From Bugula neritina (lineage: Eukaryota; Animalia; Bryozoa): 64,000 nucleotides of DNA. The notes below the pieces were generated by a model. The model had not been told where the DNA came from and made no database searches. It saw nothing but the letters and a program-made list of their open reading frames with translations. The translations under genes were made by a program, and so were the position numbers. Position 1 is the first letter of the stretch. Every line of letters begins with the position of its first letter. Shown here piece after piece: positions 24,273 to 40,019 of this stretch. The stretch lies in assembly GCA_964035545.1 (NCBI GenBank), contig OZ037772.1, forward strand, positions 5,026,233 through 5,090,232, written 5' to 3'.

Positions 24273-25714
24273 AAAATGTATTGCGAAGCAAGTTACATCG
24301 TTTATATATAGATATTGAATCATATGCATCGCATATATATCTATATCGACTCAGGAAAATTTAAAATACCATGTTATTATATTACACCATTTGATGCTAA
24401 ATGTTGTACCACTGTATCAATTGACGTTGAAGAATAGTCTACAATTATATAAGTAATAGCTACCTGTGATAGACTCAATCACTACCTGCATGGTTTTTTG
24501 AAAAAATTGCAAATTTAGACAGCATGCACAATGCTTGTTATAGGAGCATATTTCCAAGCAGGTTTACAATAAAAACCCAGTCCAATTTAATAAAGTAGAA
24601 TATAATAATCAATGACACTAAAACAAACCTATACATGTAGATATGCTAAAAACATGAATCATAATTTAAAACAACAAACCTATTAAAGTTTGAAAAACAG
24701 TGAAACCCTAGATGAGTATATAACATACTATACAGCTCTATGTACACTGTTTATTAATTATGTGTACTTCAAGTATAATAATGGGTACGCTATACCAACA
24801 ATTTTATGAGTTACCCGGGAATTTTGCTAGTCCTATGAACATCACTAGTTATCACAAGTTTAACATTATGTTGGCACTTCTGAATGGTTTTGATTGAGTT
24901 TTTAATTGCAGCTGTAGGCCAGGCACCAAGTTTTTTATTTATCAATTCATTAGAAATCAGGTTTTCTCAGTTATATGCTGAAGATTATCATATTAGAAAA
25001 CTAAGAAAATAAAAGATGAGTGTAAAGGTCACAGGCAATATATATAGTAAGTTTAGATCAATTCTGTTAGCAAAATTGTGTTAATATATACCGAGTGGAT
25101 CATCAGAACAATATTTGCTAATGCTTTAAGCTAAGTGTTACTGATTAGGCTGTTTTTCTGTATTATTAAATTATTATTCATTTTTATAGAGCACAAAATG
25201 TTTATTTATAAACTACAATTGCTAGCATACTTTTGCATATAGTGACATCTAAGACACTGTGAGTAAATCAAATTTAACTGGAAGATTTTGATGATTGTTT
25301 ATTTGTATATGCTCATTACACTCAATTTTGAAAAAAGTCCTAGAAAAGGCCAGATTTAAAAGTTCAAGTTGCAAACTTTCATGTTTATAGTTTTTGAACC
25401 AAGGGGACTGTTTTGTAGGGTTAGAATAAAAACAACTTTTTTTGTCATTTGAATATCATTGGAGGTTCTTCTCTAACTATTTTATGTTGTCATCAGTGTT
25501 GCAATGCAAAATGTGATCTGGAGATCTCAGCCTCAAGAGCATCTTCCACAGAGTAGTCCAGTCAACATTGTCAACGGCGTTAGTAACATCAATGAATATT
25601 ATGCACAAAGGCATATTTTATTTATTGTTTTTTTTTGAAGAACTGTAGCAATGTTCCAGGTTTCTTGGATGATGTCAAAAAAGGCACATAAAAGCTTTGG
25701 GTCTCCTTTATTAA

Positions 25715-26200
25715 CCTTTCAGCTACCACCTTCAAATTTATATAATAATACGGCTTGTTTGAAATTATTGTGAAATTTGCCTTCAACTTTTGGTATTAGG
25801 TTTTATTTAATTACTAATAAGTGACAAGATTTTTTGTCATAAATTAACTAGTCAATAGCATTTTAAGTGCATTTTCTATTCTAAAAAGCTGTTCAAAGTG
25901 ATAGGAGACTAAAATTATCAATATATAGAATCAATCATTTCAATTAGCGACCTCAAAGCGACTGCCTGCGAACTGAAAAAACCAAAACAATAACAAAATT
26001 CGATAAAACCAAGCATAACATTGCAATTTGAACATTTTTGTTTATTGTATTTTCTTTATAAAAAATGCCTGAATAAAATCAGCTGGGTGGGCATAATTTA
26101 ATAACAGTTTGTTGCATTGAAAACTTGCTGGTCATTTATTCAGACTTGATGTTTATAATTATTTGTAGACTACTAAGCTAAGTTATTAACATCACTTACA
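25715..26200 (+). mobile_element. Old diverged relative of the piggyBac-type MITE (duplicate at ~36857-37350)
   Basis: Starts TTAA|cctt; colinear patchy similarity to 4417-4900 (gaaatttgc, aaaagct..aaagtga..ggagac). Confidence 0.45.
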
Positions 26201-26321
26201 AAAAAATTTGGAGCAACTTTACCACGAACGTGTTTCTAATGTTGCGTTTTGTTCTGATGAGAGAACAAATCCCAAAACAGCTGCTGTTCATAGATTGAGA
26301 TATATATATATATATATATAT

Positions 26322-27462
<1,141 letters not shown>

Positions 27463-28807
27463 ATTGTAAATTTAAAAGATGCAGTTTTAGCACAATATTT
27501 ATCTATATCTATGCAGCTGGGACAAGGAAACTTTGCAACTCAATTGCAGATATTTCTAAAGTTAGTAAAATTTAAAGTACTTGATGTTGCAAAAACATTT
27601 AGTATATTTGGTTCTCATCATAATGTTTGAAAGTTTATTTTCATTATGGTCTGAAATCTATCTAATCAAATAACACTAAGTATTATAACAATTAATAGCA
27701 TAGTATAGTAGTCATTTATAGTTTTTTATCAAGATACAAGACTTTCAACTTATTAAATATATTTTAAAGCAGATGTGAAGAGGTTTATCAATAAAATACA
27801 ATTTATATTTTAATATAAATTCATTTATATATTGTAAATGCATTCCATTTAAAATATCAGCCTATATGTATATACATTGGTGTTGCCACTCTCTTGGAGT
27901 TATACTACATATACGTGAATATTGTAAAGAGTTGTGCCCCTGTGTATATTGAAAGGACAACTCCAATATCTTCATTCTGTTATCCTAATGCGTAGCGTCT
28001 CTAGTACACTCAGCCTAACAGTGTCTACATTACTACACTACTGACTTACGCTCTGAACAAAGGGAGGATCAACCAAATAGAATGGAACTAACAATGACAC
28101 TGACATGGGCTAATCAGTAGTGCACTTGGATAAGCGCAGTTGGACAGTGGCATTGATTTAGATAGGTTGTGTTATGCTGTCTGTAATTACGCAGTGTTTT
28201 CATTATTTCTGTATTAGTTTTACTTGTGTATCTTTTGACAAAGTCTTTGTGGCTCTACACTTGGCAGTATTGCATTAGCTATAAATACCCAGTAACTAGT
28301 GAGTTCGCAAATTCACAACAATATGATGACTTATTAGCAGATCACTGGTACAACACCAGATAATCACGTAGTTGTCTTCCCATTTCTAATAAAACCATTG
28401 AACTATACTCACTCTTTAATAATATGTTTTATTACAATTGAAAGTTAAATAACATCATTGATTACACTTTTGTTTTTTTATTTTTAGTATATGCAATATC
28501 AATGATTTATCTCAGCACTGTATTTATAAACGCAGGTATAGTTCTGCTGAACAATATTCAGCCTATTATTGTTAAATTGCTTGCCACCGTTGTCCTCTCT
28601 CCTAATCAAAGTTCATTTTTATAAAATATGCTGCTGTACCAGTCCTCCAAACTGCTTTTCGTTATTTATCATTTTGTTATACTAGATAACCAGGCTTCCC
28701 TTTTTTTTTCTGCCTTAATTGCTTCTTGCTTTGACTTAAAAGACCGGATAACATTTCTTTTTTTTAAGTGAATTGCCTAAGAAACGTGTTTTTATTGGGA
28801 ATATGTT

Positions 28808-28875
<68 letters not shown>

Positions 28876-28923
28876 ATAGGTATACGAGAAACATTGTTAT
28901 TTATTACTTTATTAGGTAAAGTA

Positions 28924-28972
28924 ATTACACTGATATTTCGGGTACCACTGTACCCATCTTCAGAGTAGCAAT
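28924..28972 (-). ncRNA. Type I hammerhead ribozyme
   Basis: Reverse complement of the 30614-30662 motif. Confidence 0.8.
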
Positions 28973-30613
28973 GAATGAAATTCAAAAATTATTATGTTAC
29001 GTTAGACGTTATGCATGACACAAAGAATAGAGAGTGACAGTTATTGTAAATTATTGAAACTTAAAGGAGATAATCTTTTTTTATATATTACACAGGTCAA
29101 AAATTATACTGATTTTTTTTTTCTTTATTTTTTGCATAAAAAATAAATTAGAGTTGACAAAATAAAAAAAAAAAAAAAAAAAATTAGATATATCCAAATA
29201 TAAAAACAGCAAGAATTAGTGAAACTATGTGAGAGTTGAGTAGTGTGGGGCTATTGATATAGTTTGAGTGGTATGGAGTAATTTTGTTTATTGAGTTGCG
29301 GTTTTATTTGTTTAATGTAGAGAGCTTCGGCTACTTTTCGATGGTGGATTCCTTTAAATGAATAATTTAAAACTGTTACATTGTCTATTGATATGTTTCC
29401 ATGATTAGTGGTAGAGATGTGTTGATGAATTTTGGAATTGATGTCATTGCAGTGTTCATGTATCCTGTGTGATAGGCGACGTCCGGTTTCGCCTACATAT
29501 GTTTGTTGACAGGTAGCTTCAGGGCAGGTTATTTTGTAGACTAGGTTGTGAATGTGTTCTTCATTGGTTTTATCTTATAGCTCAGTGGAAACCGCAGTAT
29601 TCCGCAAACCAACACATAACGATACATACTTACATTGGAACTCTTTCTCACTAAAAACGTGGAAGCTAAGCACACTCAAGTCACTAGTATTAAGGGCTAA
29701 TAAAATCTGTTCTACTCCAGCACTTAAGACCCAAGAACTAAACTATATTCGAAATGTTTTTGAACATAAAAATGGTTACCCTAAATATGTAATAGAGAAA
29801 ACTATTAACAACATTGGTGACGGACTACTCAGTGAAAAAGACAACAGGAAACACATTTTACTTCAGCTGCCTTATAAAGGAGTAACAGGAGAAAAACTAA
29901 TCCGCTCCCTCAATAAATTAATTACAGACTCTTTTTCAAATGAACTCAATGCCCGTATTTTATTTAAAGGAACCCCCTTAAGTTCACATTTTAATCTCAA
30001 AGATAAAACCAATAAAGAACACATTCACAACCTAGTCTACAAAATAACCTGCCCTGAAGCTACCTGTCAACAAACATATGTAGGCGAAACCGGACGTCGC
30101 CTATCACACAGGATACATGAACACTGCAATGACATCAATTCCAAAATTTATCAACACATCTCTACCACTAATCATGGAAACATATCAATAGACAATGTAA
30201 CAGTTTTAAATTATTCATTTAAAGGAATTCACCATCGAAAAGTAGCCGAAGCTCTCTACATTAAACAAATAAAACCGCAACTCAATAAACAAAATTACTC
30301 CATACCACTGAAACTATATCAATAGCCCCACACTACTCAACTCTCACATAGTTTCACTAATTCTTGCTGATTTTATATTTGGATATATCTATTTTTTTTT
30401 ATTTTTTTTTTTTTTTTTTTTTTTTTATTTTGTCAACTCTAATTTATTTTTTATGCAAAAAAAAAAAAAAAAATCAGTATAATTTTTGACCTGTGTAATA
30501 TATAAAATAAGATTATCTCCTTTAAGTTCCAATAATTTACAATAACTGTCACTCTCTATTCTTTGTGTCATGCATAACGTCTAACGTAACATAATAATTT
30601 TTGAATTTCATTC

Positions 30614-30662
30614 ATTGCTACTCTGAAGATGGGTACAGTGGTACCCGAAATATCAGTGTGAT
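30614..30662 (+). ncRNA. Type I hammerhead ribozyme
   Basis: attgctact CTGAAGA t gggtac agtg gtaccc GAAA tatc agtgtgat; minimal stem III. Confidence 0.8.
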
Positions 30663-30744
30663 TACTTTACCTAATAAAGTAATAAATAACAATGTTTCTC
30701 GTATACCTATTTATAATCAAATTACTAGCTCGTAAAGATATATT

Positions 30745-30834
<90 letters not shown>

Positions 30835-32495
30835 CTACTCTTCAACTCTGGAAAGGCATGGGGAAAACATAACCACAACCTCTTCGACGTTACAATGGGA
30901 GGATACGACGGCGCGGAAACATGCGAATTAGTTGGGGCTTACATTTTAAACTCAATAACACTAAAACATGGCAAAAACTTTGGCCTGTACAGAGATGACG
31001 GCTTAGGAGTCTCTGACAAAACACCCAGAGAAATAGAGAACATAAAAAAGGACATCTGCAAAATATTTTCTGAAAATGGATTAAAAATAACAATCGAAGC
31101 AAATAAAAAAATTATTAACTTCTTAGACACCACACTCAACCTAAATAATAAAACCTACACACCATACACTAAGCCAAACAGTTCTACTAAATATATTCAT
31201 AACAAATCCAACCACTCAGCAAGCATAATCTCCAACCTACCCTCGTCCGTTAATAAACGACTGTCGTCAATATCATCTAACGAGAAAATTTTCACACAAT
31301 CCACCTACAACCACCAAAACCTCCTAAACCAAAGTGGCTACAAACACCAACTACAATTCCTACCAAGAACCCAAACAAACAACACACAACAGAAATCTCG
31401 AAACCAAAAAAGAAAAGTTGTTTGGTACAATCCACCATACAGCCAACATGTAACCACAAGAATTGCAAAAATCTTCTTTAAAATCATGAATGAGGAATTT
31501 CCAAAACAACACCCACTCTATAAAATAATCAACAAAAACACTATAAAGGTTAGCTACAGCTGCATGCCAAACATAAAACAGACCATAAATGCCCACAATA
31601 ACAGACTATTAGAGAAACAGAAGCAACAAAACAAAACCCCTAGAAAAAACTGCAACTGTAGAAAAAAAGAAAGTTGTCCGCTGAAAGGAAGCTGCCAGGA
31701 GAGCAGAGTTATATACCAAGCAACTGTGGAAACTACCGAAAACGAGCCTGCAACATACATTGGCCTAAGTGAAGGACCGTTCAAACTAAGATACGCAAAC
31801 CACAGATCATCATTTAAAAACAAGGAGAAAGCAAATCAAACAGAACTTAGCAAACACATTTGGCAACTAACTAACAAAAACATTAAGCACAACATAAGCT
31901 GGAAAATATTAAGAAAAGCGAAACCATACAACACAACTACCAAAAGGTGTAATTTATGCCTATGGGAATGTTTCTTTATTTTATACAAACCTAACATGTG
32001 TACTTTAAACAAGCGAAACGAACTCTTATCAACCTGCCGACACTCAAAAAAATTCTTACTGTGCAACCACAAAACCTAGAAACTCTGTAGCCTATTTATA
32101 TTTTAAGTACTATAGTAAATAATATACAAATACCCATAGAGAATAGTCACCCAACAAAAACTTCATGCATCTGCTATAAATTATGTTTGTACATTACATT
32201 ATGGTTTTTATATATTAATTTACACCTACAAACCTATATAACAATACAGCCACTGCTATGTTTTCGTTACGTTTTACCTTGTGTTTAGCATTTTGATTTT
32301 CTTAATGTAAAAATTTAAATTTGTCAATATTGTGCCTGAGGAGTGCCGAAGAGGCATGAAACTATTAGTAGTACAATAAAACAACATCTATATAATTAAA
32401 TTGCTCTTTTCCTCAATAATATAATTGCTCATTATTATACACGTAATAATTTGAGCACTTTTTTATCGCTGTTTTTTAAAAATCTCACGATACAA
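30835..32495 (+). mobile_element. Second Penelope-like family (Naiad-like), 5'-truncated, open RT C-terminus + GIY-YIG (frame 30835-32079)
   Basis: FDVTMGGYDGAETCELVG, GLYRDDGL, Cys linker CNCRKKESCPLKGSC, VIYQA..YIG..RYANH, CNLCLWE..LNKRNE..CRH; begins directly at a TA tract; clade label from motif recall. Confidence 0.85.
32328..32378 (+). ncRNA. Type I hammerhead ribozyme (3' UTR of Naiad-like element)
   Basis: Stem I tattgtgc/gtacaata, CTGAGGA, stem II gtgcc/ggcat, GAAA, stem III act/agt, GUA cleavage triplet 32368-32370. Confidence 0.9.
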
Positions 32496-32499
32496 TTAT

Positions 32500-32534
<35 letters not shown>

Positions 32535-32659
32535 ATACATATAGGGTACAAAAATTGTGTAAATAATGTTACAAACAGAGCCGTGGAAAAAGGTGTCACT
32601 AGTATCGGAAAATGACAAATGGACCCTTCAGAAACGTCTGAAAACCTTGAATGATGGAA

Positions 32660-35600
32660 ATGCAAATTGCAATTTATTGATAAACCTCTTCAGATTGCTT
32701 CTGACAGGTATAAGAAAGTTGAACATCTAATTTGACAACTATTATTGACATCATAAGTAATATACTATGTGGTATGGAGTGCTATATTATCAATACTTAT
32801 ATTTCCCTAAAAGAAACGCATGCAAGTAAAAGTTATTTTTACATTGCAACTGACTTCTTAAATTTGGAAAGTTGTGGAACTTTCTTTCTTTTGAGTTTAA
32901 TTTTTTATCAAAACCTTTGCATTAAATCCTAGCAAAATATTAGCCAGATAACTCAACTATTTACACCAATGGCTTATCCCCAGTTCCAGATGCTCTAAAA
33001 TAATATTTTGGTCTCAGTTGCTTAAAAATTATGTATTCCTCTTTAATTTATAAACATATATTTTATATCTTTGCCAGTTTTACCACTACTCTGTAAGAAT
33101 TGGATAGTAAAACTTGAATCTGTAACAGATCTGCAGTCAAACAGTCCAAATGAAGACTGTTGGCACTTGAATAAAAAAGAATAATAATATAATCTAAACT
33201 ATTAGCTGTGTAACACAAGCCCAGCATAGCATTGTTCATCACATTTTGGTGTTGTTGAACTTTTGATAAAACAGTGTTTGTTCATTGCTCTGGTCTTGTA
33301 TTGTTTATCCTCTTTTTTATTAAGTGTTAAATCGCTGCATCTGCTAAAGCTTTTGAAAAAAATAATTCTTTTGAATAATTTACGGCACTCTATATATAGA
33401 AAAAACAATATATTTAGCATTTCATTAAAGTCTTTTAACAGCTTTCAAAACAAATAAAACTGTGCAACTTCAAATAGAATTTTCATGAAAGCAACAACAG
33501 CATATTCAAACAGAACTTACAATTGACAGCATTTGCACAAAATAGTAGTTGCTTACTTTATTCTAACAAGTACAACAAACTAAATCATTTTGTAGTGACC
33601 TTAGGTACTTAAATTATAGTACGTGTATGCAGTCGAATAAAAACTGAAAAGTTCTGGAAACTGAAATGAAATAATGTTAATTGTTAATTGATATCAATAG
33701 GCCGAATAACTATGTGAGAACGTGTACCTATTCTTAAAATGTTCTTCACATGATCAATGTACTTTGTATGAAAATAAATAAACATGAAAACATTCACAAT
33801 CCCATACAATGAAAACAGACTTGCACTGATTGTCTCTAATACAACAGCTAACTTTGCAAGAAAACTAAAACTCTGACAAATGAGAAATACGACACCGAGC
33901 AAAAAATGAAGTTGATACAGCAGATAACTCCATATAATATATTTACTGGCTGATATTACCAGCTCATCTCCTGGTAAATTTCTTTGAGCCATCAGCTTCA
34001 GCTTTTTCCATACTTTGACAAGGAAAAAAGATGTAATGAATGACAGAGCTAGGAGCTCGAGTGCATACAAGATATACACTACACTGTATCCCATCTCTCT
34101 TGACACAATTTGTATTGCTATTGCAGTCCAACAGAATTCTACTGTTGCTATCATATTAAGTGCAAAACAGTTTAACACTCCTAGAAGATAAACTATTCCA
34201 GTCATTGACTTAATATTGTTGATGAAAAAGTGTGTGCTATATTTGTATGGGTGACACACTCCAATATACTTCTCAACGCTTGAAACTAGAAACACAAGGA
34301 CTCTTGAAAAGGTTCCACGTGCAATTATAGAGATTAAAAGTTTTGAAACCCAATAAGCTGTTTGTACACCGAGCTGTAAAACAATTTCTTTAAGTTTACA
34401 ACTGAAGAACACAGCATCCGAAACGCTGTATAGTATATCAGACAAACCGATGTTTACCAACACCCAAAGAAATTTGGTTCTCTTAAGTTCTTTCATCCGG
34501 TTGAGTATAATGAGATGCAAGACATTGACAATTATAGAGAGACAGTTTATCCCATCATTAATCTGTACAAATGAGTGGTAACACTTCTCTGTCTCATTGT
34601 GACATGGTAAAATCTCGTCATATGATGAGGTGTTGTTTCCTTCCATTTTCTATAGCAAGAGAAAAGACATAATTAGTAAATCCACAAAATGATATGTATA
34701 TACAAATTAACTATAATGTATGTAAATTAAAAACAACAAATCAAACAAGAATAGAACGTACCTTTGAATTATGTGACTATTAAGTTATCTTTTAAAGTGA
34801 ATGAGGCTTATCAAATGACAGATTAAAACAGCTAAGCTCTACTATTAACTGATCTGGTTTAGTTTTTTAATTATTCTCAGGTGATTCCTCCGTGTGCTAT
34901 TGATAAATCTCTTATGATGTACTGCAGTGTATATCTTATTTCTTTCGTTAAAATCAGGCTTCAAGCAACAATTCTGAGCCAGCATCACGTGATTCAAAGC
35001 TCCTCAGTAAACACCATTGATTGGCTCTACTTCGGCATCAACTCAACCTGATTGCTTAAAACTTTATTTGAATATTTGTTAATTTATATATAGAAAAAGG
35101 CAGATGATTGGTTTAGTCTAACAATTTATATAACGTGATTGGTTAGAATGTATTGTGAAGCAAGTTACATCATTTATATATAGATATTGAATCATATGCG
35201 TTGCATATATATCTATATCGACTAAGGAAAATTTGAAATGCCACGTCTTCATATTACACTATTTGATGCTAAATGTTGTACCACTGTATCAATTGACGTT
35301 GAAGAATAGTCTACAATTATATAAGTAATAGCTACTTGTGATAGACTCAATCACTACCTGTACGGCATTTTGACAAATTTTCAAATTTAGACAACATGCA
35401 AAACGCTTGTTATAGGAGCATATTTCCAAGCAGGTTTACAATTAAAGCCCAGTCCAATTTATTAAAGTAGAATATAATAATCAATGACACTAAAACAAAC
35501 CTATACATGTAGATAGGCTAAAAACATGAATCATAATTTAAAACAACAAACCTATTAAAGTTTGAAAAACAGTGAAACCCTAGATGAGTATATAACATAC

Positions 35601-38185
35601 TATACAGCTCTATATAATAGACTGTTTATGTCAGATTAACTATGTGTACTTCAAGTATAATAATGCGTACGCTATACTAACAATTTTATGAGTTACCCGG
35701 GAATTTTGCTAATCCTAAGAACATCACTGGTTATCACAAGTTTAACATTATGTTGGCACTTCTGAATGGCTTTGATTGAGTTTTTGATTGCAGCTGTAGG
35801 CCAGGCACCAAGTTTTTTATTTATCAATTCATTAGAAACCAGGTTTTCTTAGTTATATGCTGAAGATTATAATATTAGAAAACTAAGAAAATAAAAGATA
35901 AGTGTAAAGGTCACAGGCAATATATATAGTAAGTTTAAATCAATTCTGTTAGCAAAATTGTGTTAATATATACTGAATGGATCATCAGAACAATATTTGC
36001 TGATGCTTTAAGCTAAGTGTTACTGATTAGGTTGTTTTTCTATATTTTAAAATTATTATTCATTTTTATAGAGCACAAAATGTTTATTTATAAACTACAA
36101 TTGCTAGCATACTTTTGCATATAGTGACATCTAAGACATTGTGAGTAAATCAAATAAGGGTCATTTTACTTAATTTAGTACACACTGGATATTTTCAGTT
36201 TTGGCTATTTTTCCCAATTTAGCTGGTAATGAACATGGTCTTTTGGCCGAAACTAGTAAAACACCAATAAATACACTTAAATAATCAAAGTTCTTTTCAA
36301 CTTTGCTTTATTTCCTATGTTTTTCCCTAACTATTCAGCTAGGTTTGGTTACAGACCGTTATACGGTTTTTTCGTAACGGTCCGCACATATGGAATATTA
36401 AGTGCATATGACAATGACCTGTGCTTTAATGTTGGGGAATCCTCTTCCAGCCTTTTCTGTTATGCATAGTTAAAACCAGCACATAAAAGGCCAGATTTAA
36501 AAGTTTAAGTTGCAAACTTTCATGTTTATAGTTTTTGAATCAAGGCGACTGTTTTGTAGGGTTAGAATAAAAACAACTTTTTTTGTCATTTGAATAGCAT
36601 TGGAGGTTCTTCTCTCACTATTATATTATGTTATCAGTGTTGCAATGCAAAATGTGATCTGGAGATCTCAGCCTCAGAAGAATCTTCCACAGAGTAGTCC
36701 AGTCAACATTGTCAACGGCGTTAGTAACATCAATGGATATTATGCACAAAGGCATATTTTACTTAATGTTTTTTTTTTGAAGAACTGTAGCAATGTTCCA
36801 GGTTTCTTGGATGATGTCAAGAAAGGCACATAAAAGCTTTGGGTCTCCTTTAGTAACCTTTAAGCTACCACCTTCAAATTTACATAATAATACGGCTTGT
36901 TTAAAATTATTCTGAAATTTGCCTTCAACTTTTTGTATTAGGTTTTATTTAATTACTAATTAGTGACAAAAGTTTTTTGTCTAAAATTAACTAGTCAATA
37001 GCATTTAAAGTGCATTTTCTATTCTAAAAAGCCGTTAAAAGTGATAGGAGACCAAAATTATCAATATAGAATCAGTCATTTCAATTAGCGACCTTAAAGC
37101 GACTGCTTACGAACTGAAAAACCAAAACAATAACAAAATTCGATAAAACTAAGCATAAAATTGCAATTTGAACATTTTTGTTTATTGTATTTTCTTTATA
37201 AAAAATGCCTAAATAAAATCAGCTGGGTAGGCATAATTTAATAACAGTTTGTTGCATTGAAAACTTGCTAGTCATTTATTCAGACTTGATGTTTATAATT
37301 ATTTGTAGACTACTAAGCTACGTTATTAACATCACTTACAAAAAAATTTGGAGCAACTTTACCACGAACGTGTTTCTAATGTTGCGAAGGTGTGAGCCAC
37401 AATATTCCGTTTTGTTCTGATGAGAGAACAAATCCCAAAACAGCTGCTGTCCATAGATTGAGATATATATATATTATTGTAAATTTAAAAAATGCAGTGT
37501 TAGCACAATATTTATCTATATCTATACAGGGACAGGGAAACTTTGCAACTCAATTGCAGATAGTTCTAAAGTTAGTAAAATTTAAAGTACTTGATGTTGC
37601 AAAAACATTTAGTATATTTGGTTCTCAACATAATGTTTGAAAGTTTATTTTCATTACTGTCTGAAATCTATCTAATCAAATAACACTAAGTATTATAACA
37701 ATTAATAGCATAGTATAGTAGTCATTTATAGTTTTTATCAAGATACAAGACATTCAACTTATTAAATATATTTTAAAGCAGATGTGAAGAGGTTTATCAA
37801 TAAAATACAATTTATATTTTAATATAAATTCATTTATATATTGTAAATGCATTCCATTTAAAATATCAGCCTATATGTATATACATTGGTGTTGCCACTC
37901 TCTTGGAGTTATACTATATATACGTGAATAGTGTAAAGAGTTGTGCTCCTGTGTATATTGAAAGGACAACTCTTCGGCTTTTATTCTGTTCTCCTAATGC
38001 GTAGCGTCTCTGGTACACTCAGCCTAACAATGTCTGCATTACTACACTACTGACGTACGCTCTGAACAAAGGGAGGATCAACCAAATAGAATGGAACTAA
38101 CAATGACACTGACATGGGCTAATCAGTAGTGCACTTGGATAAGCGCAGTTGGACGGTGGCATTGATTTAGATAGGTTGCGTTATG
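32660..38185. repeat. Tandem segmental duplication, copy 2
   Basis: Colinear with ~21764-28176, lacks the Penelope insertion. Confidence 0.9.
33684..34646 (-). CDS. Divergent class A-like 7TM receptor, paralog 2
   Basis: 320 aa, near-identical to 22797-23759. Confidence 0.8.
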   Translation of the reverse strand: MEGNNTSSYDEILPCHNETEKCYHSFVQINDGINCLSIIVNVLHLIILNRMKELKRTKFLWVLVNIGLSDILYSVSDAVFFSCKLKEIVLQLGVQTAYWVSKLLISIIARGTFSRVLVFLVSSVEKYIGVCHPYKYSTHFFINNIKSMTGIVYLLGVLNCFALNMIATVEFCWTAIAIQIVSREMGYSVVYILYALELLALSFITSFFLVKVWKKLKLMAQRNLPGDELVISASKYIIWSYLLYQLHFLLGVVFLICQSFSFLAKLAVVLETISASLFSLYGIVNVFMFIYFHTKYIDHVKNILRIGTRSHIVIRPIDIN

Positions 38186-38188
38186 TTG

Positions 38189-38607
<419 letters not shown>

Positions 38608-38737
38608 CTGTATGCTGATTGTCAATCTAGTTGGAGTTCCAGCAGTGTAAAGTGCTCGATATCACCGGTGACAGAGCTAATATAATGTAGTGTGTTCAGA
38701 TTGTTAATGATACATATATATATTTTTATTTAAAAAA

Positions 38738-38790
38738 TCTCTCACGACTATATAGTTTCGTACAGTAAACTGCACTCGTCAGGTGTTAGA
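38738..38790 (-). ncRNA. Type I hammerhead ribozyme
   Basis: - strand: tctaacac CTGACGA gtgcag ttta ctgtac GAAA ctatata GTC gtgagaga. Confidence 0.85.
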
Positions 38791-38910
38791 CTAAAAATAA
38801 ATAAAATCTATGAAGCATACCGATTATTCAAACTTTTACATAAAGGTTTTCTTTACGTAAAAATTTGAATAATCGGTATGCCTCATAGATTTTATTTATT
38901 TTTAGTCTAA

Positions 38911-39357
38911 AGTTGCGTTTATACCTTCACGATTTTCGGTCAAAATTTCAATTTGGCCGGGTTGAAATTTCTCCGAGTTGCATTGCATTGTAAAAGCCAC
39001 CCGTTGAAATTTTTGTACTGTGATAACTTAATCGGCCAATTTTAGAATAGGAGTAATAACTCCTTGTAAACATCGTTATCTAGTTATTACTTTGGCGATT
39101 AGACAACGTACTTATACGGTTATAATTACATAGCCTATGCCTTCTCAATTATCGCTTTTATGGTTTCCGCTTCACTAATTCACGACGTTTACAAAGGGCA
39201 TCAAATAGCTATTATGCGAGTCAAATTTCAATTTCAGAAAGTGAGCAACCGCATCAATATGATTTCAACGAGTTTTGGTTTGACTATAAAGGGGTACCCG
39301 GACAAGCATTATTAACTTAAACTCGGTACTTTTTTCAGCAGAGGTATAAACGCAACT
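38911..39357. mobile_element. PIF/Harbinger-like MITE
   Basis: TIR agttgcgtttatacct / aggtataaacgcaact; TAA duplication 38908-38910 and 39358-39360. Confidence 0.85.
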
Positions 39358-39408
39358 TAACACCTGACGAGTGCAGTTTACTGTACGAAACTATATAGTC
39401 GTGTGAGA
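39358..39408 (+). ncRNA. Type I hammerhead ribozyme
   Basis: acac CTGACGA gtgcag ttta ctgtac GAAA ctatata GTC gtgt. Confidence 0.85.
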
Positions 39409-39459
39409 TTTTTTAAATAAAAAAATATATATGTATCATTAACAATCTGAACACACTAC

Positions 39460-39518
<59 letters not shown>

Positions 39519-40019
39519 CACTGCCTAAAGTTTTAATGTTTAATATACACAGTGTATTATTTATGTTGTATTATGTAGTATAATTCTACATTGTTTAATT
39601 ATAATTTAACTTGGATGAGACTTTAGGAAAATAGTCCCATTTTATATGGAGTGCATCTTTCAATTTAATGCTCCAGTGCCCTGCATGCTGGTTAATTGTG
39701 TGCGGATTGCTTATAAGTCAGTCATTCACTCTGCAGCTCACATATTCTACTCTCTCCGTCACCCAATGTAGTTGGTTCATTTACGCTGGTATATTTAGAG
39801 TCGCTAGGCTTGGACATTTTCATATTGAAACACTGATTCCTGCAATACACAACTCCTTATTTGCAAGAGAGAATAGCTTTGTAATTATTTAGTTTAATTT
39901 ATATTCACCATTATATGCTTCAAACAACTTGAAGTCTGAAAGGGATTAAACATTAATTGTTGTCTCTACAACCGACAGCTGTTGTTGTTTACTTCTATAG
40001 TTGTTAACACAAACGAACC

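Larger units (their letters stand above)
28870..30750. mobile_element. Penelope-like element with inverted 3' duplicate (- strand 28870-29576; + strand 29577-30750)
   Basis: + ORF with RT thumb (VFRKPTHNDTYLHWNS) and GIY-YIG to 30325; 28870-29576 is the reverse complement of ~29999-30717; TA tracts on both sides. Confidence 0.9.
38681..39465. repeat. Near-perfect palindrome (centre ~38848) with two divergent hammerheads, right arm split by a MITE
   Basis: 38681-38846 pairs with 38851-38910 + 39361-39465. Confidence 0.9.

Noticed and set aside
36155-36485. ~330-bp segment unique to duplicate copy 2 with short inverted repeats
   Set aside because: Probably a repeat fragment; termini and target duplication could not be defined
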